Assembly: GCA_045632705.1 (NCBI GenBank)
Contig: JAZQXE010000121.1
Coordinates: 1-45,804 of the forward strand
DNA: 45,804 bases
Origin: Eubacteriales bacterium
GTDB lineage: Bacteria; Bacillota; Clostridia; Oscillospirales; CAG-272
Direction of reading: 5' to 3'
Part shown: piece by piece, positions 1 to 9,187 of the stretch
Layout: each line of letters begins with the position of its first letter
How positions within the stretch are numbered: position 1 is the stretch's first letter
Translations under genes and position numbers: made by a program
Notes under the pieces: generated by a model
What the model was told of the DNA's origin: nothing
What the model saw: only the letters and a program-made list of their open reading frames with translations
The model's database searches: none

Positions 1-1
1 G

Positions 2-202
2 TATGCACAAGGTACGAAGGATTTCATATCCAAACTCGAAATAGCGCAAAAGGAATGCTACGAAACAGAATATTGGCTTGAGCTGTTGTTTGAAACTGGG
101 TGTATAGAACAAACCTCATACAAGGCAATTCAAAATGATTGCGGAGCTATACGCCGAATGTTAATTTCCTCACTAAATACAATTAAAGCAAAACAAGAAT
201 AG
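2..202 (+). CDS. Four-helix-bundle protein (23S rRNA IVP-like family), 5'-truncated by window edge
   Basis: Not in the ORF track. Manual frame-2 translation YAQGTKDFISKLEIAQKECYETEYWLELLFETG...IRRMLISSLNTIKAKQE*; the DFxxKLxIAxKExxETxYWLxLL pattern is typical of the family. Confidence 0.85.
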   Translation, partial: YAQGTKDFISKLEIAQKECYETEYWLELLFETGCIEQTSYKAIQNDCGAIRRMLISSLNTIKAKQE

Positions 203-297
203 GGGTATGGGCATAGCCCGATGCATTTGTAATACAAATGCGAAACTGGCGATAAAACAGAATTATAAATTTGAATTTGGCAAAGGAGTGTGTTTAT

Positions 298-810
298 ATG
301 AAAAAGCTGATAGCATTAGTTTTAGCATTGGTTTGTATGCTTGGCTTGGTTGGTTGTCAGGAAAATCAACCTGAAAATACCGACCAATCTAATAGCACAA
401 CCCAAAGTTCCCCTGTGTTGAAGGCGTGGTCTGGTGAGTTTTCAGAAGAAAAACTCAAATCAACAATCAATGTATATCAAAGCAATTACAAAAATATTGT
501 TTTAGAAAAAGGAAATACGTCAAGCATTTCTTTTGAAACGGACTTTGAAGTATCATCGTGTTCGGTTTCACGGCTATCACGAGTCGATGATATTGACATT
601 GAGGTTGAATTGCACAGCTATATCGACCTTTTTATCGAAACCAATTGCGATGGCAGAACAGTAACCATACCAATCAATTGGTGGTATGTGGGAGATGATA
701 GTTGGGTAAATGATTATTTCATTTGGTCGTATCTTGTCCGTGTAAAAGATACCAACAACAGTATCCACTACTATTATTTTAGGGTTGATTATACTGCCTA
801 TGCAGAATGA
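298..810 (+). CDS. Putative lipoprotein, unknown function
   Basis: AAGGAG RBS before ATG 298; MKKLIALVLALVCMLGLVG-C signal peptide with lipobox; AT-rich. Confidence 0.75.
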   Translation: MKKLIALVLALVCMLGLVGCQENQPENTDQSNSTTQSSPVLKAWSGEFSEEKLKSTINVYQSNYKNIVLEKGNTSSISFETDFEVSSCSVSRLSRVDDIDIEVELHSYIDLFIETNCDGRTVTIPINWWYVGDDSWVNDYFIWSYLVRVKDTNNSIHYYYFRVDYTAYAE

Positions 811-849
811 CACCTCGACCAATTCCAATTTGTCGAATAGGATAAATGA

Positions 850-880
850 AACCCCGACAGATATCGAATCTGTCGGGGTT
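850..880. terminator. Hairpin between convergent genes, probable terminator
   Basis: Perfect 13-bp stem aaccccgacagat-atcga-atctgtcggggtt. Confidence 0.7.
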
Positions 881-982
881 AATCTTTGTTTTCTGCGGTT
901 CACTTTTTGTTATCCGTAGGGGGGGATTTCCCCGATAAGGACTACACCCATATCGGTGAGGTTTTTTTCGCTTTTTTACTCT

Positions 983-2239
983 TTAACCGTTGCAGAGATT
1001 TTTGAGGATCCTGCAAAGCTCGGGATCGGTCATATCCTGAGCGTTTTCAACGAGCTTGATATTCATATCGAGTGCGCGTTGTCTGAAATACTCGGCAAAC
1101 TCACCCATATAGTCAAGCGCGGTCGCTACGAGTACCTTTTTGGCATACTTTGAGCCGAAGCGATCGGATACAGAATTGAGCTTGTACAGCTCTGCCATAT
1201 CGACGTTTCCGTTCTTGCAGGAAATAAAGAGCGGGACGATCCCGCGCATTGCCATTACGTCTATCTCGTTTTCGGTGTCCTTGATGGTATCGCTGTCAAA
1301 ATGAATATCTCCGTCCCAGTCGATGCACACGCCGTTTTTGACGTCGTTATAGACGTACGCTCCGTCTGCGTTGCGCAGGCCGAGCATCTCTTTATATATT
1401 TTGAGTTCAAGCGCCTGTCCTGCCTTTGTGAGCGCTCTCTTGACCTGTTCGTCCTTGAAATCCACGCATAAATATCCCTCGGAAAAGTCAAGCGCGGTGA
1501 CAAGTCCGCTCTTGTAGAGCTTTGAGATGAGCGTTTTATTTTCGGTAATGCCAATGCCCTTTGCTCCGAGGTAAGAGATAACGTCCTCCTCGGCGGCAAC
1601 GATGGCACTCGAGTCCTCGTCGGCAAGGTTGTTTCTGTTTATGGCGTCAAATACCGTGATCTGCACGTTCCAGAGCTTGACGTCCTCACGACAGATCTGC
1701 CAGATAGCGTCAATATCGGATGCAAATTCGGCGTCAATCACCCAATCGTACGTTCTGCCGCTGACAAGATCGTCGTAAACGACGTCTCCTCCGTAAGCGC
1801 GGATATTTTCTTCAACCGTCATCTCGGGCATATCCGACTCAAAGACGACGTTACCGTCTCCGTCGCAATCTATTACGCTGTTGTTCTTGATATTGAATCG
1901 GCTGAGCTGAACGTTTTTGTCAGCGTATCTTTCTTTAACTATTCCCATAGCTACGAGATACAGCTCACCCCCGCCCGTAAGATCAAAGCAGCAATCGTCG
2001 TAGGTGTTGATTATCTCACACAGATGCTCCACGATACCCGCAAGGTCGTTTCTTGAAACGCTCTTGACGATGAATTCAACTTCATTTCCACGTTCGGCAA
2101 AAATGCGACTGTATCTGTCTGCCGCCTTTTGCATCTGCTTTGTACTGTCACCGATCAAGATCACTCGCTCGGGTGGAAATGCGAGTGCGGCGCACACGTT
2201 TTCTGCTGCCGTCTTATCAAAAAACTCAACAAATGTCAT
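983..2239 (-). CDS. CARF domain + PD-(D/E)xK nuclease protein (DUF1887 / Card1-Can2-like)
   Basis: N-terminal Rossmann-like segment with DLTGG (CARF signature); C-terminal GQALE...NEIDV...ISCKNG...ELYKL...RFG restriction-endonuclease-like motifs; GGAGG RBS. Confidence 0.8.
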   Translation of the reverse strand: MTFVEFFDKTAAENVCAALAFPPERVILIGDSTKQMQKAADRYSRIFAERGNEVEFIVKSVSRNDLAGIVEHLCEIINTYDDCCFDLTGGGELYLVAMGIVKERYADKNVQLSRFNIKNNSVIDCDGDGNVVFESDMPEMTVEENIRAYGGDVVYDDLVSGRTYDWVIDAEFASDIDAIWQICREDVKLWNVQITVFDAINRNNLADEDSSAIVAAEEDVISYLGAKGIGITENKTLISKLYKSGLVTALDFSEGYLCVDFKDEQVKRALTKAGQALELKIYKEMLGLRNADGAYVYNDVKNGVCIDWDGDIHFDSDTIKDTENEIDVMAMRGIVPLFISCKNGNVDMAELYKLNSVSDRFGSKYAKKVLVATALDYMGEFAEYFRQRALDMNIKLVENAQDMTDPELCRILKNLCNG

Positions 2240-2268
2240 TATAAGTCCTCCAACATCCGCTTTTTTTC

Positions 2269-2297
2269 ATTATATAACATCAAACGCCCAAGTTCAA
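2269..2297 (-). promoter_or_regulatory. SigmaA-type promoter of the CARF-nuclease gene
   Basis: Minus strand TTGAAC-17 nt-TATAAT, about 30 nt upstream of the ATG. Confidence 0.6.
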
Positions 2298-2366
2298 CAT
2301 ATTTCGCATTCAGCGCAGGATTTTTAAAAAGAATTAACGTAAATTAGAACTTTTTTGAATTTTTGC

Positions 2367-2394
2367 GTAACCTTTCACATAGAAAAACTGTCTA
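2367..2394 (+). promoter_or_regulatory. Candidate ECF-sigma (autoregulatory) promoter
   Basis: GTAACC-16 nt-TGTCTA upstream of the ECF sigma gene, fitting the general ECF AAC...GTC pattern. Confidence 0.4.
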
Positions 2395-2432
2395 TATAGG
2401 TGAAAGGCCTTTTAATTGTCGGAGGTGAAGTC

Positions 2433-2993
2433 GTGACTGACAAGGAAATAGTTTCTCTGTATCTGGAAAGAAATGAAAACGCAATACTCCAAACTGACAA
2501 AAAATATTCAAAATACTGTTTTTCGATCGCAAAAAGGATATTGCACAGTATACAAGACACCGAGGAATGTGTCAACGACACGTTCGTGCGAGCGTGGAAC
2601 AGTATACCTCCGAACGTCCCCGAAAGACTCGATCTGTTTCTCGGAAAGCTGACGCGCAACGTTGCCCTGAACAGATATATGCACGACAAAGCGCAAAAGC
2701 GAAATTCCGAGACAGACTGCGTCATCTCGGAGCTTGAGCAAATTTTGCCCGACACTACGGCAGACGGAGATCTGATATGTGACGATATACTGATACGGGA
2801 TATCTTCAACGATTTTCTCAAGTCTCTTCCCTTTTCTCAAAGGAGGGTATTCGTGCAAAGATACTTTTATATGCTCAGCATCAGAGACATTGCAAAAAAT
2901 AACGCTATGAGCGTATCCGCAGTAAAGCAAACGCTCTTGCGTTCAAGAGAAAAACTAAGGTCAAGGCTTGCAAAGGAAGGAGTTATTATATGA
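2433..2993 (+). CDS. ECF-family RNA polymerase sigma factor
   Basis: Region 2 (DTEECVNDTFVRAW, LGKLTRNVALNRY) and region 4 (RRVFVQRYFY...SIRDIA...SAVKQTLLRSREKLR); GGAGGTGA RBS before GTG 2433. Confidence 0.92.
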   Translation: MTDKEIVSLYLERNENAILQTDKKYSKYCFSIAKRILHSIQDTEECVNDTFVRAWNSIPPNVPERLDLFLGKLTRNVALNRYMHDKAQKRNSETDCVISELEQILPDTTADGDLICDDILIRDIFNDFLKSLPFSQRRVFVQRYFYMLSIRDIAKNNAMSVSAVKQTLLRSREKLRSRLAKEGVII

Positions 2994-4957
2994 AAAGACC
3001 AATAGAGCAATTTGGCGAGATAAACGATAAATATATCAAAGAAGCAGACCCTGCGCGCACCAACTCCCCCATATTTAAGCGAGCGGCGATTTTCGCTGCC
3101 GCGTGCTTGCTCGTTTTACTGACGAGTGTAAATCTGTTTTTATTCATACCATACGACACCTCCCCGCCCGACGTATCACAATATTCGGATAGTGATTATT
3201 ACGAAATAATCAAGATGCTCAACGACGCCTCTTATAAAAAGCCGAAGTACAAAAACAACTTTGAAAGTATATGCGGTACTCTGCTTAACGGTCTCAGAAC
3301 GAAAAACGATATGAGTCTCGGCTTTGATGTGGTAGTTGATGAAGCAGTCGACGCAAACGGAAATGCGGGTGAAGACTATTTCTACACAAGCGACGAATAC
3401 TCGGAAAAGTACGTTGAGACGACGGACAATCAAGTAGCGGGAGTAATTGAAGCCGATATAATAAAGAGAAGCAACGAACACGTCTATTACCTAAACGACA
3501 GCACGCTGCTCGTTTATACCTTAAACGGCAAGGACAGTGAGCTTGCGACAAGCTACGATATGTCAAAGGCGCTCAACGAGGACGGTATTTATCTTAACGG
3601 TGCAGAAATGTTTCTCTCCTCCGACTGTAAGACTGTAACGGTAATTGCACCTTACTTTTTAAAGATCAAGCTGGAAGGCGGAAGTCGGGCGTATGCCGGA
3701 ATCGATATAATATCAATAGACGTCAGCGACCTGTCCGACGTAAAAGTTTCTCACACGGCAACGATAAACGGCGCGTACGTCGGAGCGAGAAGCACGAATG
3801 GGAAACTACTTTTAATAAGCTGCTACGAAATACCCTCCGACTACACCTTTGAAGAAGAAGAAAGCTTCATTCCCACGTACTACGTGGACGATGAGACACA
3901 TACGATACCTGCAGAGAGCATCGTTATTCCCGAAAAGCTCACAAGCAAGAGCTACACAGTCGTCAGTATGCTTGACGAAAAGTCTCTAAAGCTCGAATCC
4001 GCAAACGCTATGCTGTCCTATTCAAGCGAAGTCTACATTACGACCGAGCGAGTATATGCGACGTATTCCTACACGAAGACAAAGGAACTCGTCACCTTGA
4101 GCGAGGTGCGCTCTATAACGGATATCAGCGCACTCTCGTATAGCGGCGGAGAGCTGGTATTTCTCGGCACCGCAACCGTAAACGGTTATATAAAGGACCA
4201 GTACAGTCTTGACGAATACAAGGACGTACTCCGTGTCGTTACTACGACAAATGACAGAAAAGAAAAGATAGACACCTCGTATTCAAGCAATATGATAAGC
4301 GTATTAAGTGAACAGAAAACGAGCGCAAGCCTCTACTGTATAGACGCTGACACCTTCAAGATCATATCCTCGGTCGAATACTTTGCCCCCATCGGTGAAA
4401 CGGTACGCTCCGTACGATTTGACGGCGATATAGCATACGTATGCACCGCAGTACAGGCGACAGACCCCGTATTTTTCTTCGACCTTTCCGACGTGAACAA
4501 CATCACCTACAAAGACACGGGCAATATCGAGGGCTTTTCAAGTTCGCTTGTCAATTTCGGTGACGGACTGTTGCTCGGCATCGGTGAGGGGGCGCGCTCG
4601 GACGTCTTAAAGCTCGAGGTCTACGCCGAGAATGAAGACTCGGTCGAAAGTCTCGCAAAGATAGAGATAAACGGATGCGGATTTTCGCGAATCTACAAAT
4701 CCTACTTTATTGACAGAGAGCTGTCTATCATAGGTATCGCAACAAACGACTTCTCAAAAAACACCCATTACTATTATTCACACTACAGATTGTTCCGCTA
4801 CGACTCGGAGGGACTCTCGGAGATACTCGTGTGCGACATACCTACCTGTGATGATCCCGGTAAAGTGAGAGCCGTATATGAGGACGGATACATTTACGTC
4901 TTCTCAAACGAAGGATTTACGGTAAAAGAAATAGCTCTTGAAGTTCCGAGGGCATAA
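2990..4957 (+). CDS. Putative anti-sigma factor with one TM helix and extracellular beta-propeller domain (Beta_propel-like)
   Basis: 4-nt overlap with the sigma gene; short N-terminal GEINDKYIKEA segment, one TM, then TDNQVAGVIEADIIK, QYSLDEY..LRVVTT, GETVRSVRF, DPVFFFDLSD, IEGFSS motifs. Confidence 0.75.
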   Translation: MKRPIEQFGEINDKYIKEADPARTNSPIFKRAAIFAAACLLVLLTSVNLFLFIPYDTSPPDVSQYSDSDYYEIIKMLNDASYKKPKYKNNFESICGTLLNGLRTKNDMSLGFDVVVDEAVDANGNAGEDYFYTSDEYSEKYVETTDNQVAGVIEADIIKRSNEHVYYLNDSTLLVYTLNGKDSELATSYDMSKALNEDGIYLNGAEMFLSSDCKTVTVIAPYFLKIKLEGGSRAYAGIDIISIDVSDLSDVKVSHTATINGAYVGARSTNGKLLLISCYEIPSDYTFEEEESFIPTYYVDDETHTIPAESIVIPEKLTSKSYTVVSMLDEKSLKLESANAMLSYSSEVYITTERVYATYSYTKTKELVTLSEVRSITDISALSYSGGELVFLGTATVNGYIKDQYSLDEYKDVLRVVTTTNDRKEKIDTSYSSNMISVLSEQKTSASLYCIDADTFKIISSVEYFAPIGETVRSVRFDGDIAYVCTAVQATDPVFFFDLSDVNNITYKDTGNIEGFSSSLVNFGDGLLLGIGEGARSDVLKLEVYAENEDSVESLAKIEINGCGFSRIYKSYFIDRELSIIGIATNDFSKNTHYYYSHYRLFRYDSEGLSEILVCDIPTCDDPGKVRAVYEDGYIYVFSNEGFTVKEIALEVPRA

Positions 4958-4961
4958 AAAC

Positions 4962-5000
4962 AGCACCGTCGGAGGAATTATTCCTCTGACGGTGCTTTTT
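4962..5000. terminator. Bidirectional intrinsic terminator
   Basis: Stem agcaccgtcggaggaa / ttcctctgacggtgct flanked by A and T runs between convergent genes. Confidence 0.85.
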
Positions 5001-5003
5001 CTT

Positions 5004-6029
5004 TTACTTATAAAGCTCGTCGGTAAAGTAAGCGTTTGTATCCGCTCTGTTTCCGTGCTTGTCGATAACTGTTATACGAACGTATAATGTATCCGGATTC
5101 ACTGCAAAATCAGCACTCGTAAGCGATTTGCCTGCTTGTCTGTACGCGATACCGACTCGTCTTACGCCAAAGTTGCATATTATTCTGTCGGCGCAAGAGC
5201 ATTTGACGTATATTCTGCCGTTTTCAAAGTACAGTTCCTTTATCTCGGGGCCCATAGATGCGTAAAAATTACCCTTTTCAAGTGCATCGAAAACGTCGGA
5301 ATATTCAAGCGAGGGGGAATTGATGACCGTGTACGCCACGCCCGAATCGGATCTTCTGCTATCGTCGGGATGGGCGTTGTGATTGTCATCGGCACCGATG
5401 CAGTAAATTCTCTCTCCGCCGCGAAGAATATCGTCGTAAACGCGAGGGTCTACCGCCTCGTATCCCGATGCGATGCAGCTTCCGTTATATATCTCCATCG
5501 CGTTCATTCCGTGAAAGCTCATATAGTCGCTATAATCCTCGAGAGACCACGATGGGTGATTATAGGTAACGAAAAATCCTGCGTCTCTTCCCTGCTTTAT
5601 AATATCGTTTACACACTCGGGAGTATGTGAACGCTCGTAATCGGGGAGGGTAGTATCGTAGTTCAACTTATCTCTGTAAAGTCCTCCGTTACCTATCATA
5701 TACTTTTCTCTGTGATAACACACTTGCTTTGGAGGTATGGGGGTGGGAGAGATAAGACATATATGGGCGGTCTTCTTAAATCCGTGAACGGTAGGCACCG
5801 CCTCTGACATCTCCATCTCGTATCCCGCAAGTGCAAGAAACTCCGAGTCGTTGAGATCGTCGTGAGTGAGCAAAACGTCGTGATCCGTATAAGCTACGAC
5901 GGAGTATCCCTTGCTCTTGTATAGCTCTTTTACCTCCTCGGGCGTTCTCTTTCCGTCGGAGACAGTTGTGTGAGTATGCAGATTTGCCTTGTAAAAATTC
6001 TTTTCACCACTTAACAGATACTTTCTCAT
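5004..6029 (-). CDS. PHP-domain metallo-phosphoesterase (paralog 2)
   Basis: HTHTTVSDG, YTDHD, YNHP, EIYN, DDNH motifs. Confidence 0.85.
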   Translation of the reverse strand: MRKYLLSGEKNFYKANLHTHTTVSDGKRTPEEVKELYKSKGYSVVAYTDHDVLLTHDDLNDSEFLALAGYEMEMSEAVPTVHGFKKTAHICLISPTPIPPKQVCYHREKYMIGNGGLYRDKLNYDTTLPDYERSHTPECVNDIIKQGRDAGFFVTYNHPSWSLEDYSDYMSFHGMNAMEIYNGSCIASGYEAVDPRVYDDILRGGERIYCIGADDNHNAHPDDSRRSDSGVAYTVINSPSLEYSDVFDALEKGNFYASMGPEIKELYFENGRIYVKCSCADRIICNFGVRRVGIAYRQAGKSLTSADFAVNPDTLYVRITVIDKHGNRADTNAYFTDELYK

Positions 6030-6041
6030 ATTACCCCTCCG

Positions 6042-7064
6042 TCAATCAAACAAGTTATCGGTGAAAAAGGCGTTGGTATCAGCGTATCTTCCCTGCTTGT
6101 CAACAACGCTGATCCTGACGTAAACGTCGTCCGGTGCTACCTCAAAGGAGGCACTCGTGAGCTTCTTTCCCTTTTCTCTGAAAACGCATCTTTGCTTCCT
6201 CGTTGCAGTCGTCATAAAAATACGCTCGGCAGAAGAACACTTGATCGTTATGATACCGTCCTCAAAATAAACGTCGTTTATAAGCGGGCCCATCGAAGCG
6301 TAAAAATCACCGCGAAGAAGTGCAGAGGTTATCTCTTTATAATCAAGTCGCGGTGCCTTTATCATCGTAAACGCACCAAAGGAGTCGCTTCCGACGCTTC
6401 CCGGCTCTTTTCCGTTGTGGTTATCGTCCGTACCAAGAACGGATATGCGCTTGTTCTGTCTTAAAAGATCGTCGTATATCTTCGCGTTATATTCCGCAAA
6501 GCCCATTCTGTAAGAGGCGTAGTTGCATATTTCCATCGCGTGCATACCCTCGTACTTTGAGTAATCATCAAAGGTATGAAGTGACCAGACGGGGTGGTTG
6601 TAGGTAACGTAGAAACCCTTGTCTACGCCATCCTTTATCATTTTATTGATGCACTCGGCACTGTACTCCCTCTCAAAATCGGGCTCGTTTTCGTCAAAGT
6701 ATATCTTGTCTCTGAAGTTGAGCATATTTCCTCTGACGTACTTTTCTCTATGATAGCACACCTGCGAGTGATTGTCGGGCTCAATGGCGATACAACACAA
6801 ATGCGTCGTTTTTTTCCTCTTCATATCGTTTGAATTGGGGCAATCAAGCTCTACGCCGTTGAGTGCAACGAAATTTTCATCCGACAGCTCGTGATGATGC
6901 GGAACGTGCATAAAGTGATCAGTATAAGCAACGACGCTGTAACCGTGCTTCATATACACTTCTTTTAACTCTTCGGGAGTCAGCTTTCCGTCAGAGCAGG
7001 TGGAATGGCAATGGAGATTCGCTTTATAAAAATTTCCCTCTTTGGTTATAAGATACTTTCTCAT
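6042..7064 (-). CDS. PHP-domain metallo-phosphoesterase (paralog 1)
   Basis: HCHSTCSDG, YTDH, YNHP, DDNH; start moved to the second Met (AGGAG RBS; N-terminus matches the paralog's MRKYL). Confidence 0.85.
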   Translation of the reverse strand: MRKYLITKEGNFYKANLHCHSTCSDGKLTPEELKEVYMKHGYSVVAYTDHFMHVPHHHELSDENFVALNGVELDCPNSNDMKRKKTTHLCCIAIEPDNHSQVCYHREKYVRGNMLNFRDKIYFDENEPDFEREYSAECINKMIKDGVDKGFYVTYNHPVWSLHTFDDYSKYEGMHAMEICNYASYRMGFAEYNAKIYDDLLRQNKRISVLGTDDNHNGKEPGSVGSDSFGAFTMIKAPRLDYKEITSALLRGDFYASMGPLINDVYFEDGIITIKCSSAERIFMTTATRKQRCVFREKGKKLTSASFEVAPDDVYVRISVVDKQGRYADTNAFFTDNLFD

Positions 7065-7068
7065 TTTC

Positions 7069-7710
7069 TCACTCCTGTATTTTCTCAAAAATTTCTATTG
7101 CTTGGGATAGGTCTTCCAGCTCCATATATAAAAGCTTTTTGACGGGATCGCTAAACGGTACGATATCGGGAATGCCGAACACCTTCATATTAGCCGCCGC
7201 GGCAGCACGAACGCCGTTTTCGGAATCCTCAAACGCGTAACACTCGTAGGGATATGCGTCAATTCTCTGTGCGGCAAGCATAAACGCGTCGGGCATCGGC
7301 TTGCAACGCGTGACGTCGTCTCCTCCGACTATCGCGTCAAAGAGATCGAGCGCTCCCACCTCACCGAGATGATGAATGATCGAGGCTCTGGTCGTGCCCG
7401 AGGCGATTGCCGTTTTCACGCCTCTGTTTTTTAGGTACAGGAGCAGCTCACGCGCTCCTTTTTTATATTCTACCTTGCCGTTTTTGATTATATATTCTCT
7501 CGTATCACGAGTAAATCTCTCAAGATCGAGATCTGGGTGACGCTCAAGTACGAATCTTCCCCATCCGTCGCGGTTCATTCCGCAAACGCGAGGTAAATAC
7601 TCTCCCATTCCTTCAATGCCCTGCGCTCTACCGCTTTCTTCCCATGCGGGAATACAGATGCGCTGCGTATCAAGCAGAGTACCGTCCATATCAAAAATAA
7701 CGCTGAACAT
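7069..7710 (-). CDS. HAD-family phosphatase (beta-phosphoglucomutase-like, subfamily IA)
   Basis: FDMDGTLLD, KPMPD, FEDSENG motifs. Confidence 0.9.
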   Translation of the reverse strand: MFSVIFDMDGTLLDTQRICIPAWEESGRAQGIEGMGEYLPRVCGMNRDGWGRFVLERHPDLDLERFTRDTREYIIKNGKVEYKKGARELLLYLKNRGVKTAIASGTTRASIIHHLGEVGALDLFDAIVGGDDVTRCKPMPDAFMLAAQRIDAYPYECYAFEDSENGVRAAAAANMKVFGIPDIVPFSDPVKKLLYMELEDLSQAIEIFEKIQE

Positions 7711-7727
7711 TTCAATTTTCTCCCATA

Positions 7728-8537
7728 TCAGTATTCAGACTGCGTTTTGGAATAAGGGCTCTTTATCGCGTTGTACGCACTCTCTACACACAATTTGCAC
7801 TCGTACTCGCTAAATCCGTGCGGAAACCAGGTATTATCCCTTACATCAAATCCCGTAGTTGCGGCAAATAAAGTAAGAGAAGCTATAAATCTGCCCATAC
7901 CAAAACTCAGATGATAACCGTCGCGGGTGAATTTTTTATCGTAAGTCGAGCTTCTTGCATTTTGTATAGCCATACCTGTCGGCGAAATAAGGTCCAGCGC
8001 CTCAACTTTTTCGGGAAGCTGCTTCATGACCGAAATGATCTTTGAAAACATAAGCTCAACGTCCCCGCCAAAGGCAAGTATATGCGGGTGCTTGTGCGTA
8101 GGCTCTCCTACCCACGTCATATTATATACGAGTTTGGCATCTCGTGCACCCATTTCACGTATCATCTCTATCAATTGAGGAAGCTTATCATACGACGATA
8201 TCTCTGTTGATCGGCTTCCGTCTCCCGTACCGCCCTGAAAGATCACGTAATCCCATTCGTCGCTTTCTACCGCTTCTCTGACCGTATAGTTTGGCATACT
8301 CTTCCAACCGTTTCCTCGGTCAAGAAAATAGAGATATACGGCCTTGTTTTCCTCAATGTGAGAGATATGCATATTTATTGAACACGCACCGTAAAAAAGC
8401 ACGCCGATCCTGATATCTTCTATGCCGAATGAAGCAGCTATATCAGACAGATACTCCGACGTATCGTCCGAAAAGCTGTTACCGACAAACAGCACGTGAA
8501 ATCTCTTTTTGTTCCCATTTTCAATATTACCGTTCAT
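7728..8537 (-). CDS. SGNH/GDSL-like hydrolase (DUF4886-like)
   Basis: VGNSFS block I, WDYVIFQ, RDGYHL block V. Confidence 0.75.
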   Translation of the reverse strand: MNGNIENGNKKRFHVLFVGNSFSDDTSEYLSDIAASFGIEDIRIGVLFYGACSINMHISHIEENKAVYLYFLDRGNGWKSMPNYTVREAVESDEWDYVIFQGGTGDGSRSTEISSYDKLPQLIEMIREMGARDAKLVYNMTWVGEPTHKHPHILAFGGDVELMFSKIISVMKQLPEKVEALDLISPTGMAIQNARSSTYDKKFTRDGYHLSFGMGRFIASLTLFAATTGFDVRDNTWFPHGFSEYECKLCVESAYNAIKSPYSKTQSEY

Positions 8538-8668
8538 TGCAGACCTCGAAAAGAATAATATTTACGTATATTTTATCACGCGATGATTTGAATGTCAATT
8601 TATCGAGGCGAAAAACATAAATATAAAGATCGCGTCATAAACATAAAACAACAAGGAGGATATACACA

Positions 8669-9142
8669 ATGAAAAAATACAGACCTTATATTATTTCCGT
8701 GCTGATCGCACTTGCCGTTGGCGGCGCTTCCTATTTTTTGACAAAGGATAGCTTTGATCTCTACGAAAGCGTGACCAGGCCCCCTCTCTCCCCTCCTTCT
8801 GTTTTGTTTTTCATCGTGTGGACGATATTATACGCGGTAATGGGTATAGCCGCGGCACTCGTCAGCACCGCGTCCTATACCAAGCAAAATAAAAAGCAAA
8901 ACGCCCTCTTTACCTACTACACGAGTCTGTTCGTCAATTTTGCATGGAGTCCGTTGTTCTTTAACTGCCGTGCTTTTCTCTTTTCGTTTTTATGGCTGGT
9001 GTTGCTCGAGGTACTGATAATAAAAACCATATTGGAATATAGTGAGATAAGTAAGCTCGCCGCATATTCGCAGATCCCGTACGCTCTGTGGGTCACCTTT
9101 GCGGGATATCTGAATCTGGCGGTGTATATCTTAAATAAATAA
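8669..9142 (+). CDS. tspO: TspO/MBR tryptophan-rich sensory protein
   Basis: RPPLSPP..F.IVWTILYAVMG, NFAWSPLFF, PYALWVTFAGYLN; 5 TM. Confidence 0.92.
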   Translation: MKKYRPYIISVLIALAVGGASYFLTKDSFDLYESVTRPPLSPPSVLFFIVWTILYAVMGIAAALVSTASYTKQNKKQNALFTYYTSLFVNFAWSPLFFNCRAFLFSFLWLVLLEVLIIKTILEYSEISKLAAYSQIPYALWVTFAGYLNLAVYILNK

Positions 9143-9187
9143 AAAACGGCTATGCGAGATCTTTATCCTCTCGCATAGCCGTTTTTT
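9141..9187. terminator. Bidirectional intrinsic terminator
   Basis: aaaaaacggctatgcgaga...tctcgcatagccgtttttt between convergent tspO and ZIP genes. Confidence 0.85.

Noticed and set aside
577-903. 108-aa minus-strand ORF
   Set aside because: Antisense to the lipoprotein and runs through the terminator and palindrome; no recognisable motif.
901-982. Weak hairpins and a GTAG-G-run after the CARF-nuclease gene, as a possible ncRNA or REP
   Set aside because: Stems are short and single-copy; no recognisable RNA family.
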